From Eledone cirrhosa (taxonomy: Eukaryota), in NCBI GenBank assembly GCA_964016885.1, contig OZ024742.1, positions 294,376,001 to 294,440,000 of the forward strand: 64,000 bases of DNA. The letters are read 5' to 3'. The translations under genes were made by a program, and so were the position numbers. Positions within the stretch are counted from its first letter, which is position 1. The number at the start of each line of letters is the position of its first letter. Positions 33,912 through 48,800 of the stretch are shown piece by piece. Under the pieces are notes generated by a model. That model had not been told where the DNA came from. It searched no databases and saw only the letters and a program-made list of their open reading frames with translations.

Positions 33912-36900
33912 GTAAGTACTTTGTATTCATTGATTCCTTCAACTTTCATAAACTTCTCCTCTTCCTCCATCAGTTTTTCCCTGTTAGCAAGGGATGAGTA
34001 AATTGTCACAGACCAACTCAGTACTTAGTCAGAGCTACTGTCCTGTCCAGGGACTATGTCTTGCTTATATATGTTCCTATATTGTACAGTGTACTTGGTG
34101 CATTTAATCGTGGTTCCGGCACTAAGGAGGTCTTATTATGTTTGACATGATTGAAGGGTGCTCTTGACCCTTTGGCAAGTTTTCTACAGCTGGCTGCCCT
34201 TTCTTGCACCAACCACTTTACAGAGTGTACTCTGAATTTCATCATGGCACTAGCACTAGAAAGATTGTTGTGCTTCTGACACAACCAAGTGATTGATAAG
34301 ATAATAGGAAGGGCATCCAGCCATAGAAAACTTGCTAGACAAAGGGTTTGGAGGACCCTCAGTTGTGTCAAAGGCATGATAACTTCTGAACACTTGATAG
34401 AATGTGAGACTGTATATAAGCGCACAGGTCACTGGCCTGCCTGGGAGATCAGTGGCTCCACTTCAGTCCTAACTTGTTCTATATGGACAGGTCCAACCAT
34501 TGCTAGCAGGGAAAGTGGATGTTAAAATGACGATGATGATGATGACAATGGTCTTGTTCAACATTTTGATTATTGCCAGTCCACTTCCATATACCATTCC
34601 TTTATTTATTGACTCCAGAAGGATGAAAGACAAACCTGACCCTAGTGTGAGTTGAACTTAGAATGCAAGGAGCTAGAATAAATATTGGCAGGTATTTCAT
34701 CCATACTCTAACACGTCTACCAATATGATGATGACATATTAGGGAGTGGCTTTATATTCTCTTTGAAAGTTTCCCTAAAATATAATCTTATTTGGCAAAT
34801 AATAAATTCTTCAGATGCTTCAATTATAAAGTTATATATCTTTTATTTGTGACGCTTAATGATAATGGTGATGATGGGGATGATGATCATGGTGTTGATG
34901 GTGGCATTGATGATGGTGGTGATGATGATTGGTGGTGATGATGGTGGGGGTGATGGCGGCGGCGGCGGCGGCGGTGGTGGTGGTGGTTAGGAATATGTCA
35001 CAGTGATGATCTTTTTACCATTTTTGTGTGTATTACTTTTTAGGGTCCTACACATTGGTTAGCAGATGAAGAACAACAACTGGAAGGGTTTTCTTGGAGA
35101 GGTGGATCTGAGCGAGACACTACTGGAATATTATTATGGAGCGAACCTTTTATTATACAAACCAGTTCTGGAGTGGTAAATATATTGAAACTAATTACAT
35201 TTAATTGGGTTTATTCCTTACTTATATAACCCAGTGTCTCTCAGGTGGGGCATGGGACCTCAGAATGAGACATGAGCCTTTACAATAGGGTGTATGTATC
35301 ATGTTATATACTTTATCTAATCATAGTGTGGGGCATGCTAATTGGGGTGTATGACAAAAAAGGTTGAGAAACATTGCTGTAACCCTTTGTTGACCATATT
35401 TCTTAAGGAATATGTCACACTGTGTCTCAATTAATTTTTTATCTAATTAAGAATTTGGAGATAACAGTGGTTAATAAACTTTCTCATCATTAAAATGTTT
35501 TGAAATGTAACTTAACCTTTTTGTTAACATATTTCTAATGAAGGATACTAGCTATGATATTAGAAATAATTTTTAAAATAATCAAGAATTTGGAGGATAT
35601 TGTAAATTAACTTTTCCATTATTAAGCCGATGTTTGGATATTGAAATGCCTTGCTAAAGAATCTCCCTGTACCTCTTGTCGTATCTGGGCACACTGAGAA
35701 GACCATGGAATATGGTACCCATGAAGTAATTGCCATTGGGGTACCAGAAGACAAGGCTGATCTTCAGGCATTTGCTGCCAGCTCAGCCAAAGACCTAGGC
35801 TGTGTTCCCCCAAAGGGTGCTCTCCACTTTGGTCGACCTGGTCCAAAACCCAGACTCATGAGGCTGTCTTTTTCGGACCTCGCTGAGGCAATTTCATATC
35901 ATCTGGCGTCTGTTAAAGCTGGGCGTGAAAATCGGATTACCTTCCGAACACACCCAGGCCTACCACCTGATGTACGTCCAAAGCTATGTGCTGCAGCTTC
36001 CTTGAATCGGAACACAGCACAACATGAAAGTTTTAGTTTGCGTGATGATGGGCAGATCTGGAGGTTTGTTAAGGCTGGTGAAACGTGGAAGAGAGATACC
36101 AGCTGGTCTGAGTTCGCTCTACCCACAATAACTGGCAATGAAAAAACTGCAACAACTCTGGGAAACTAAACCAGAACAACTTGCCATCCTCTACACACCA
36201 TCATAAACTGCAAGCAGGGTAAAAATTGTTGTGGTAAAAACAAAAAAAATAATCCAGTGATTTAGCATTGGGAGCTAATGTGTGTTGTGGACCAGTATTT
36301 TGAATAAAATCGGGAACATATATTAGTGTGGTATTTTTCAACCATGTTACTGTAATATTTTCAATGGCGCCCTGGAGATCTCCTTCGTTTTCACTTTCAA
36401 AACAATCATCGTCGGACAAAATTTCAGAAATATAAACATCAGATTCATTTGAAGATAAATCACTAATATTATTGTTTGTTTCTTGTTTATTCTGAATGTC
36501 GTCGTGTGTAAAACCTTCAAAGTTGGTATCGCTACTTTCATAAGCCATGTTGAATGAAAAAAAGATTTGTTGTACTTTCAAAGTAAAAAAAAACACTTGT
36601 TGTTTTAAGTTGTCTCACTATATTAAGTGTTAATTTTCGCGGTAATGGCCTAATCTCGCAGTAATCTCGAATTGACGAGATTTTGATGATGGTTTGTTTA
36701 TTTTTAGAACGATTTTTTAGTGTGGGTGTTTTCGGGCGATTTCGGGCGGTTTGAACAAATGAAGGGGAAATAATTTTGGGCAGTTTGAACACTAAAGGGT
36801 TAAGGATAAGCGCAACTATGCTTCCCCTGATCTTGATGGTCTTACATACCTGCTTCTCAAATGTGGCGGGTACTTCCTTTTGCACCAGCTTTCTTTTTTC

Positions 36901-39900
36901 TTTCAATACTGTCTCAACAATGGTGCTACTCCGGAGCAGTGGAAAACTGCCAGTGTCATTCCCCTGTTCAAAAAGGGCGACTGCACGTCACCTGACAACT
37001 ATCGTCCAGTCAGTCTTACTAGCTGTATTGCCAAACTGATGGAATCCTGTGTCAGAGAAACACTTTGGAACTTCTGGAGCTCTCACAGCCTCATCTGACC
37101 CTTGTAATTTGGATTTATCCCTAACTCCAGCTGCTGTGATCAGCTTATTGAGTTCCTTGAAGACATTACCCGGATCACTGACAGCGGCTCATGGGTGGAT
37201 GTTGTTTACCTTGACTTCGCTAAGCCTTTTAATTCTGTGCCATTCAAAAGACTTATGGCAAAACTCTCTGCAATGGGTGTGAGGGATGATCTTTTTAACT
37301 GGTTGAAATCCTTCATTCTCAGCCGAAAAGAGGTAGTCATGGTTCTAGGACAGCATTCTTCACCATATGAGATGTCATCTGGTGTACCAGAGGGATCTGT
37401 TCTTGGACCCCTTTTCTTTGTTGCATACATTAAGGACATAGATGCCAACTTAAAGAATGTCACAGTACTGAAATATGCAGATGACATCAAGCTGTACCTT
37501 GAAATCAAAAGGACAGATCCTGAAATCTATAACTCTTTCCTATAATCAGACCTGGACACAATGCAGCAATGGATCACAGACTGGCAACTGAAGCTGGCTG
37601 TGGACAAGTGTTCCTCCATGCATTTTGGGAGGAAAAATCCAGCGTCCACATACTCCCTCCACAACACTGATATCAAGAAGTCCTCTTGTGAACGTGATCT
37701 GGGCATTACTGTCAGCAGCAATTTGCGTTGGACAAAGCACATCTCTAAAAATTGTCAAGAAGGCCGAGGGTATCTTGGCATCACTCAGCAAGGCCTTTGT
37801 TAGCCGCTCTCCAGCCATCTATTTAAAGCTGTATACAGCTATGGTACGACCACACTTGGAATTCGCATCATCAGTCTGGAACCCCTATCTTGCTCAGAAC
37901 ATTGACCTTCTGGAAACTGTTCAGAGATGTGCAACCAAGCGCATACCCTCCATCAGACACCTACCATACTCTGAACCTTGCTTCCCTGGGCATAGATTCA
38001 TTGAAGCTCCGACGTCTGGCAATGAACTTGGTAAACACCCACAAAGTTATTAACCATCTCGCCAACAACAACTCTGAGCACTTTTTTGATCTCCATGTGT
38101 CTAACATGTGGACATGCCTACAAAGTCAGAAAACAGCACAGCTCCCATGACTTTCGGAAACATTTTTTCACGCTTAGAGTTGCTGAAGCATGGAACAAAC
38201 TGCCTGCATCAGTTGTTAGCTGCCGAGACACTGCATCCTTTAAAACCCTCATGCTTCCCGAAATTCGCCAAAACTACACCTGATGTCCCCCTTCCATACA
38301 CATGCATACATGTGTATATCATGACTCATGCACTGTTCATTTTCCTGACGTTTGTACATTACCCTATGTACTATACATACACTTTTGATTAGTTGTAGTG
38401 CACCTGAGCACTGTACATAATATTTTGTCCTGTACTGTCCTTAATGTCTACTTTATGTAAACCCTTGTGGTTAATAAAGAAAGCATTATTATTATTATAA
38501 TTTTCCTGACCATATTTCTAATGAAATGCACTGTGCTTCAGTTAATCCCCCCCCCCCCATATATTTAGAGGGATTTAGTAAAATAACTAACTTTTCTATA
38601 ATTAAGTTAATGTTTGATATATATATAACCTAACTCTTCCATTTCCATATTTCCAATGAAAGACACTGCCTATGGTTTTCAGATATTTTGAAAATAGTCA
38701 AGAATGAGATATTTATTAATATAACTAATTTTTACATTATTAAGCTGGTGTTTAGAATATAACTTAACAAAAGTTCTTGCATAATATTATGATGGAAGGT
38801 TTTTAGATAAATATAAATACTTTAAACCCTTTACCATAGTTCTAATGAAAGAGACTGCCAATGATTTATGAATAATTTTGAAAAGAAGGAAAATAAACAA
38901 ACAGTATGAGGTCAAAATCTGTGACTGGTTGTTGTGAATAACTTTAGAATAAATACAGTTTAATAGAAAAGGAAAAAAAAGAAAAATTAGATTAAGAAGA
39001 ATGGAATGTAAAATAGGAAAATATAGAGAAAAAAGAGAAAAAGAAAGAAAGAACCAGAAGGGGAGGCAAGGGAAAGAACTCTAGTGCCACAGAAGAATGA
39101 TAAGGGGAGGATGATTGGGCTTAGGGTGCAGCGGTAGAGGGACTGCCCGCGGACAAGACCACAAAAGCATTCCTGCAGACAATGGCCAGCGACACCCACT
39201 GCATCAGCCACCTCACTTCGCAGGGCTCCTTCCTCAGATAGGCTGCTGATTCATTAATTTGGAAGGGATTAGTAAAACAACTCTCATGATTAAGTTGGTA
39301 TTTGGAGCATAACATTCTTACATAAAATTATGATGGAAGGTTTTTAATTAATTATAAACATTTAAAAACAGTTTTGTTCCGCAGAGCCTAGGACAGTTTC
39401 AGGCAGTTTGGTATAACAAGTGTTAAAGGGTTCTTATATAAAATTATGATGGTAGATTTTAACTTAAACATGAACAGTTTTACCTTTTGGTACCATATTT
39501 CTAACGAAAGACGCTACCCACCTCTCTAGAGTTGGTGATACAATAAAATGTACCTAGAACACACTGTAAAGTGATTGGTGATAGGAAGGATATCCAGCTG
39601 TAGAAAACTTGCACAGCAAAGAGTAGAGAAGACTCTTCAGTAGTGCCAAATACACAACAATTTCCCTAGTGCTGGTGCCACGATAAAATGCATAGTGCAC
39701 TCAGTAGAGTGTGAGATCAGTGATTCCAATTGAACACTGACTTGCTCTGTGACAACCCTATCCAACCCTTGTTAACAGGGAATGCAGATATTAAATGAGT
39801 GGTTTTATATGGTAAATATATGTTGTATCTTCTGATTAAATTGTATTTTGTCAAGTTTAATTTATGAATGAAAAATTGTCTTTTATAGGTTGCAGTTATT

Positions 39901-42900
39901 TTCATGGACACCCAAGGTGCATTTGACAGTCTTTCCACTGTCCGGGACTGTGCTACTGTATTTGCTCTTAGTACTATGATCAGCTCAGTCCAGGTAAACT
40001 CTTATCTATACTATTTCTCATATTATAGCTTACATATTATTGTCTTAGTCATTTGTAATAAAATGCCTTTGCTACAAAATAGCAAAATGGTTGCAACAAA
40101 GAAGGCAAGCGATATCTGCTACATCAGCCATTCCTGTTTATGGGACTCCTTCCAATATGGCAGAGGAGGGTGGCAGTTGATAAACTGAAGAAATATTAGG
40201 GCTTCTGAGAAGGGTGTGATGAAGCGAGGAAGGTATCATTAATCTGCAGACCTTATCCAAATACTTACAACAGAGTGGACTCCACTAAAAGCAACCCAAG
40301 GGCCGCCAGGTGGTGGTGTTAAACTAAGTAATAGATTAAATCTTACAAGAGGAAAGTGGAAATCTCAACAAAGACCATCATGAAATGGAATCTGTTCATT
40401 AAAGACTGGTATTTATTCAGCTTCCACTCCTCTGCAGGATATGTCCTAACATGTGGTGTCTCAGATGAGTGACTTAATCTTCCCAAGTTTGCATCTCATT
40501 GGAGGTTTCTTGGGTGGTTTAATGATAGTCCACAGTCCTATCATGAAAAGTAACAGGAAATGAGGCATCTTTTTCAAGAATTCAGTGCAGCCTCTGGTCC
40601 AGAAATCAAACATGGTTTAAAATTTTAAAAGTGACTCTAATACAATATAGTTGTTAAAACTTTTTTTTTTCCAGGTATACAATATCTCTCAGAATATTCA
40701 AGAAAATGATTTGCAACATCTACAGGTAAGAAAAAAACCCCAGTTATCTGATTCATACTGAATTATTAGGTCATATTATTGCCAGTTTTTCAGCTCTTCA
40801 GGTTTCCAATGAGAAGACATTTCAACTGCTAATAATAACTTAGCTCTAATTCTAATGAAAGACTACTTACGATTTGCAATTAATGTTTAAAATAATTAAG
40901 AATTTTGAAGGATTTAATAATATAACTAACTTTCTCATTGTTTAACCTGTGTTTGGAGCATAATTTAACAAAGGTTCTTGCATAAAACTGATAGGTTTTT
41001 AGATAAATATAGACATCTTAACCCCTTCATTACCCTACTTTTAATGAAAACATTTCCTATGATTTTGAAATAATTCTGAAAATAATCAAGAATTTGGAGG
41101 GATTTAGTAATGGAACTTTCTCATTAATAAGCTGGTGTTTAGAACATAACAAAAATTCTTACATATAATTATGATGGTAGATTTTTAAATAATTATGTGC
41201 ACTTTAAGTCTTTCATTACAATATCTCCGTTATTTAAAAATAATTTGAAAAATAATCAGGGATTTTGAGGAATGACTTTCATTTTTTATCATACTATATT
41301 TGATTTTTTTTTTGTGTATTAATTAATTTTAAAATGTTTTCTAATCCTAGGAAGCTACCATAGAAGTAATTAATAGTTTCTGTTATCTAGGTAACCTAAT
41401 TAGGTTGCTCTGAAAGCTTAGTAGCTAGAATGGCAAAAGTTCAATAAGCTACTACTTCTGTTGACAATAAATGGATATTTCCACTCTGAGCAAAGGAGAG
41501 ATAGTTTGATGCCTGTATATGAAGCAATGGCAGTAAGACATAGGCAATGAATGCAGAGGTCATGTGAAAGCTGGAGAGAGATGAAGTGAGAATGCTCTGT
41601 TGAATGTGTAATGTTAATGTGCTTGAACAACAAAGCATAGGTGAGCTGAGAGAAAAAGTAGATATAAGAGGAATGAGATGCAGTGTGCAAGAGATGCAAC
41701 TACACTGGTGTGGACATGTAATGCTGATGTATGATGAGGATACAGTGAAGAGATCCCAGTGGAAGGAAGCTGTAGTAGAGGAAGACAAAGATATTGAGAA
41801 CTGATCTCAGAAGCATGGAAAAATGGCTGTAAAATGATTGATCAATGCTAGACCTAATTGATAAAATGTTTAAAGGTTTTATTTTTTAATATTTCTCTAT
41901 TTTTTATATTTTTGTGTAGTTATTTACAGAATATGGCCGATTAGCACTGGATGCCAATGATAATGAGTCTAAACCTTTCCAGGTAAATATATTGATTTTT
42001 GACTTTGGCACGTACATGTGCGCATGCACACACACCCGCACACATATGTACATGGGCGCGTGCACATACACGCACACTCACATACACACACACACAGGCA
42101 CACATGTGCACACAGTCACTCACTCACACTCTCTCTCTCTCTCTTCGGGAGGAGGAGATATGGTTGATTGAATCGTTATTGTAATTAATTTATTGGATTA
42201 TATTCATATGTCCCCCTCTGCCCACTCCACTTTATCAACCTGGCTATTGCTCTCCACCCCTCCTTATCACACTTTTGATCATATTTACCTTGAAAGAACA
42301 GAAACAACATGAGGCAGAGAGAGAGGAGTCTTTAGTCTTGTTAAAGACATGACAGCCTCTCATCCAGCACACTCTGAAAAGAAGTTGATGACTAAACAGA
42401 GAGAAGCCATAGGGCTCTTAAATGTTGTCAGAATATGAGTCCCTGGTCTGCCCAAACACTTCGTAGGGTGTGGGAATGTGAGATGCAGCCCCCTAGATCA
42501 TCTGAGAGGTCAGCAGCTCTGCTTGAGCACTGACTCAGTTTGTGATGACCCATCCCTTGCTAGCAGGGTTGATGATGATGGTGTGTATATGTAGTTGACT
42601 GTAGTTAAACTTGTGTAATGTTTGTCTTTGTAATTTCCTATTTCAGGCTTTAACATTTTTAGTTCGAGACTGGAGTTGTTCCTATGAACACAATTATGGC
42701 ATGGTTGGAGGAAATGAAATTTTGGATAAACGTTTTGCTGTGAGTATATTTTCACTTGTTTTGTTCTGTATCATGACCTTGTCTTATATTTCAACTCTTA
42801 GTACCATAGTTGGTGAATAAGCAGAATGGTGAGGGCAGTGGTTCTCAGAGACACAGGTTATGTTCCTCCCCATGCAATCACAGATTTTACCATTTATAAT

Positions 42901-45783
42901 AATGAAAATTATTGTGTACAGTGCTCAGATGCACTACAATTCATCAAAGGTGCATGTATAGTACATAGAATAATGTAAAAATGTCAGGAAAGGGAACAGT
43001 GTATGAGTCATGATATACACACAGATACATGCGTGCGTGTGTATGGAAGGGGAATATCAGGTGTAGTGTTGGCAAATTTCGGGAAGCATGGAAGTTTTGA
43101 AGGATGCAGTATTCCTTCACATTTTGAATTGCTATCAGTAACTTTATTCACCATTATATTTTTATAGCATTAATTATGAAAACAATTTATTAAAGCAGAT
43201 TACTTTATTGAGTCATTTGTGAACTGTTAGTTCATGATCACCATTATCATCATCATTGTTTAACAACCATTTTCCCATGCTAGCATGGGTTAGACGAGTT
43301 GTCCAGATCTGATCCAAGCCAGAACAAATGACCCTGTCTTCCTCACACTGGACTGATTTTGGCTTGGTTTCTGCGGCTGGATGTCCTTCCTAACACCAAC
43401 CATATTTACAATGTGTACTGGGTGCCTTTTATTGTGGCACCAAAACGATCACTGAGCTGTGTGTACTGGGTGCTTTTTGTCGTGACACCTACACGACCAC
43501 TCTACAGTGTGGACTGGGTGCTTTTTGTCGCGACACCTACATGACCACTTTACAGTGTGGACTGGGTGCTTTATGTTGCGACACCTACATGACCATTTTA
43601 CAGTGTGGACTGGGTGCTTTTTGTCGCGACACCTACATGACCACTTTACAGTGTGGACTGGGTGCTTTATGTTGCGACACCTACATGACCACTTTACAGT
43701 GTGGACTGGGTGCTTTTTGTTGCAACACCTACACAACTACTTTACAGTATGTACTGAATGCTTTTTGTTGCGACACTTACACAACCACTTATACATGAGT
43801 AAATACAGTCATTTCTACCAAGCTAACAACGGTGTCTTTGTGTGGTCATTTGACTGGCTAGAAACAGCTGTCGTCATCTTCACCATTTTTATGTTTTGCT
43901 TTCTCTGCTGGTATGGGTTGGATAGCTCATCATGGTCCAAAGCCAGACAGGTCGGAGTGACCTCATCTTGCTGATATGTTCCATATTTTACATAGTTTCT
44001 ACAGCTGGATGCTCTTCTTAACACTAACCACCTTACAGAGTGTGCATTTTATCGTGATACAAGCAGTACCACATAACAAAATGGATTGGGTGTATTTTAT
44101 TGTGGCTCCAGCAAATCTTAACCAACTGTCTTTAAAAAAAAGATGAAGAAACATAATATCTTTGATAATGTAGCAACAGAAAGTGTATATCTGATGGGAT
44201 GGTAATGGCTAGAATGTATTTCATCATAAGTCTACTTGATTATGGTTGACCAAATAACACCTCATTTATTCCACTTCTATTTGTAGATCACTGATCGACT
44301 GCATGCAGAACATCAACAACTGAGGAGACATATTCGATCCTGTTTCCAATCCATAAATTGCTTCTTGATGCCACATCCAGGTTTGAAAGTTGCTTCAGAT
44401 CCTAAATTTACTGGAAAATTAAAGGGTAAATAATTTACTATTAATTCACTATTACATATTGTGTGTGGCAAGGAAATTATGTGTGATATATAGTGATGAT
44501 ATTGAGTATCATATGGTGCTGATGATATTGAGTGTGATATCATGTGGTGATGATATTGAGTGTGGTATCATGTGGTGATGACATTGAGTGTGGTATCATA
44601 TGGTGATGATATTGCATGTGATATGTGGTAATGATATTGTGTATATGTGGTAACATTTTGTCATATCATGTGGTGATGTTATAGTGTGTATATCATGTTG
44701 GTGATGTTATAATGTGTATATCATGTGATATGCGTGATATGTGATGGTGATATTGCATGTGATATGAGATGATTTTCTGTATATCATGGGGTAATGATAT
44801 TATTGCGTGTGAGGTCAAGTAGTGATGTGTGATATCATGTGGTGATGTGTGTGTGATGGCTCACACCTATGCAGGTTTAACTGGCCTCTTCCAAGGTATA
44901 TCTCATTGGAGGTGTCTTGGGTAATTCAATGATAGGGACCCCAGTCCTATCATCTCATTTCTACAGCTGAGTAAACTGGAGCAACGTGAAATAAAGTGTC
45001 TTGCTCAAGGAAACAACACATCACCCGGTCCGAGAATTGAACTCACAACCTTTCGATTGCAAGCCCAATGCTCTAACCACTAAGCCATGTGCCTTAATGG
45101 TGATGTGTGGGATATAATGTGGTTGATATGTGGTGATGTTATTGTGTGTGATATTATGTCATAATATATTTAATGTGATATATTGTGATATTCTTTGTGT
45201 GGTATCTTGTGGTATATTTTCTGTAGTATCATAGAGTGATGATATTTACCTTATATTCTCATGTTTTCCAGACATTGAACCAGACTTCATACAATATTTA
45301 CGCTCTCTAGTTGATCATATACTGGCTCCAGAAAAATTAGTAGTGAAAGAAATCAATGGCACCAAGATAACTTGTGGTGAATTGGTAGAATATTTCAAAG
45401 TAAGTCATATAAGAATTAACCCTTTAACATTTATATTACTCTATATATACCATTATATTTTCGCGGTTAAGGCTTTACCTCACATAATTATCTCACATAA
45501 TATCGAATCCATGAGATTTTTATATTATTTATTTTGAGAACAATTCCTTAACATCAGTATGAGTGGCTGATTATGGCCGGTTTGAACAGAAAGAGGTGAG
45601 AGAATTCTGGCCGGACATAGCTGGTTTAATGCTAAAGGGTTAACATTGTTTTATCAACAGACAGTTGACAGATCCATTAGGGTGTTGAATTTCAAATTTA
45701 CTCAGTATTTGTTTTGGCTCACTGCACTCTGTGTTTGAATACCTCGATTGTCAACTTTGCCTCAATCCAACTGGGGTTGGTTC

Positions 45784-45823
<40 letters not shown>

Positions 45824-48800
45824 CTGAAAAAATCATGGGTACTGCCATTCTTTCTCCTAAATAGGTTTTGAAAAATAATTTTGTTTATTGTATTAAGCAT
45901 TTTTGTATGTCTGTATGATTGTCTGAATCTGATTAAGAAAATTATCATCATTGGCATGGATTGGACAGGACTTTTTTAGGCAGTGTTTTATAACTGTATG
46001 CCTTTCCTACCACTAATCCTCTTGGCTGCTGCTTATAACATGCAGGGAGAAGGCGGCTTTTGGCCTAATGATTAAGGAGCTTGACTCATGATTTGAAAGT
46101 CATGGGTTTGATTTGAGCAGAGTACTCCAATTCACTCAATGGAAAATGAGTACTGGCAGGAGCAGCACCAATATCAGCAGCTGGGAATTAACCATGTAAT
46201 AACCTGTTGATCTGCCCAGGAACAGATACAGTGTACTGGTCAATAATTATCGACAGTTATTTTCTGATTTTTCTTCTCTGTTAATTTATGTCTAAATTGA
46301 AATGCTTTTCAAATTCCCATTTATCCATTTTATCTTTCCTAGGCATATATAAAGATCTACCAAGGGGAGGAATTACCAGAACCTAAATCTATGTTAGAAG
46401 TAAGCAATGATATTATATAATTTGGAATTGTATTTGTCTGGCAAAAGGCTTTATACATTAAAAAAAATTATACATGACAAAAAAAGTACATTACAAGAAA
46501 TCATGTTATAAAATAAATAGAAAGGATTATGGTCTCAATAACGAATAATTTTGGTTTTTAAAAAAAATCAATGGAGACAACCTAGAAAAATTACCCCCTC
46601 ACCACCACATTCCAATGCCCCTGCTTATTCCGCTTCCCACACCTACCGCTTATTCCCCCACTCTGTGCATACCCCCCTTCCCCATTATTTGATCCAAGGG
46701 TAAAAGAAATTGTACCATCTTTGTTATCTCCCCTTGTATTTTGCCGTTTATGTTTCTAAATGATATTTTATCTGTTGCAGGCCACAGCTGAAGCTAACAA
46801 TTTGGCTGCTGTTGCAAGTTCACGCAACTATTACAATACTAATATGGAGGCTGTAAGACATTTTATTTATTCTCAATTTCCACTTCAGTTCTCAAACTTT
46901 ATCACCCACCCCCTTTTCATGGCCACATAATACCCTCAACGCCCTCCACACCTATTTTTAGAGAGATCTGCCTGCATATAAATTGTAAATAATATATAAT
47001 AAATAATATAATATATACTATGTATAAATAAATTCTATATATTTTATATTTTACTGTATTTATATATATGTATCATTTGATATTTCATATACTATTATAT
47101 CATCTCTACCGACTCCTTAGGCCCAAGTGCCCCCAGGAACTGCTCAGCCCCCACCCTGCTGGGGGTAGGAGCAGTAGCACAAAACTTTGAGAACTTCTGG
47201 TGTATAGACTTACGGTTAGGGTGTTGGTCTCACAATCATAAGGTTGTGGATTTGATACCTGGACTGGGTAGTACATCGTGTTCTTCGACAAAACACTTTA
47301 TTTCATGCTGCTTTTCATGATATGACTAGGGCTCCTATCAATAAAGTACCTGAGAGACCTCTGAGATACAACCTCACAGGAAGCCAGCTAAACCTGCATA
47401 GATGTGGGTTGCAAATTTCATTTCTTTAATCTTCAGTATGCTGGAAGTTTTTATGAATTGTTTCCCTTGACACTGCATTATGTATTAAGGGGAGATTACT
47501 CTATTGGTGACATAATGTGCCTGGAGTGTCCAGAAGGATAATTAGAATCATTATTATAAGTGGATTGGCAGTATCGGTAGAGGGTCGGACGCCATGCTTT
47601 CCAACATAGTTACATCCCTTTACGATCTGAGTTCAAATCCCGCTGAGGTTGACTTTGCTTTTCATCCTTATGGGGTCGATAAAATAAAGTACCAGTAATG
47701 CACTGGGTAATTGCTGGCCTTGTGCCTAAAGTAGAAACAATTATTATAATCACCATTTTATGCCTGTCATTCTGTGCTGGCATGGGTTGGTTGGCTTCAT
47801 AACTCGATGTGGTCTGTTGTTATCTGGTACATGCAGAACAATAGAGATATGCTGATCAATTTTATTGTGTCCATGATGTTATTTTTTATGACATTTTTGT
47901 AATTGAATACTCTTTCTATCACCATGCTATGTGTATTTGCTTTAGAGTATGTATAGCAAATATCCCTGCATATTGTAGGAGAATGACTAAAAGAATTGGC
48001 ATCAGGAAATGCCAGTGGAAGGAAGTTGCAGTAGAGGTAGACAAAGAAAGACCTGGGCAGAGGTGGTGAGAGCTGACCTCAAATTGCCAAGACTCAGAGA
48101 GGTGATGACAAAGAAATGCAACAAATGGAAAGATGGTGTAATGAAAAGGATCTGTCCAACCCATGCAAGCATAGAAAAACAGACGTTAAAATGGATGTGA
48201 TGAAGAAGAAGAGTATCCAGCCTTAAACATTGCTTCCTAAAGGTCCCTATGATGAGTATGACCAAGTCTATCATGGGGCCCTACAATGGTAACTTCTACT
48301 TTAGCAAGGAAGATGACCTTAAAATGCTTGTGTTGCTCTGCCTTTTCTGTCACCAACCACTTTCCACCATAACAGAGATGTGCCATCTATTGTGCCATCA
48401 GCTCTAGAGAGGTCATCTACTGTGAGGCTGAGAGTCAATTTTACCATTCCTATATTTGAAAGAAAAACTGCTGTAAAAATAAATGTTGAGATTTTTAATA
48501 AAATTTGAAGGCGAGTTTCTGGTATTAATAAATTACCAGTATGTCTTTAATAAGTTACCATCAGTTGTATTTCATATTTTTATATGGCTTAGTCAAAAGA
48601 TGGGGGGCTGGAGAGGCTCAGATCCTTTCTAAGCCTAGTGATACCAATACAGCTGTTCAGATATAAACTGATACCTGCAGGAAAAAAAAGAATGTGGGAG
48701 AGGATGGATTTCTGAGAAAGTTGTATTAGTTGCTTCCTTTTTGTCTTGAGAAAAACTATTGTTATTAAAACTTTCTTCTGTTTTCTATATTGCAGTCAGT

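Noticed and set aside
43411-43792. CRISPR-like appearance of the 48-bp array and its 16-aa repeat ORF
   Set aside because: No unique spacers, no cas genes, eukaryotic context; it is a minisatellite
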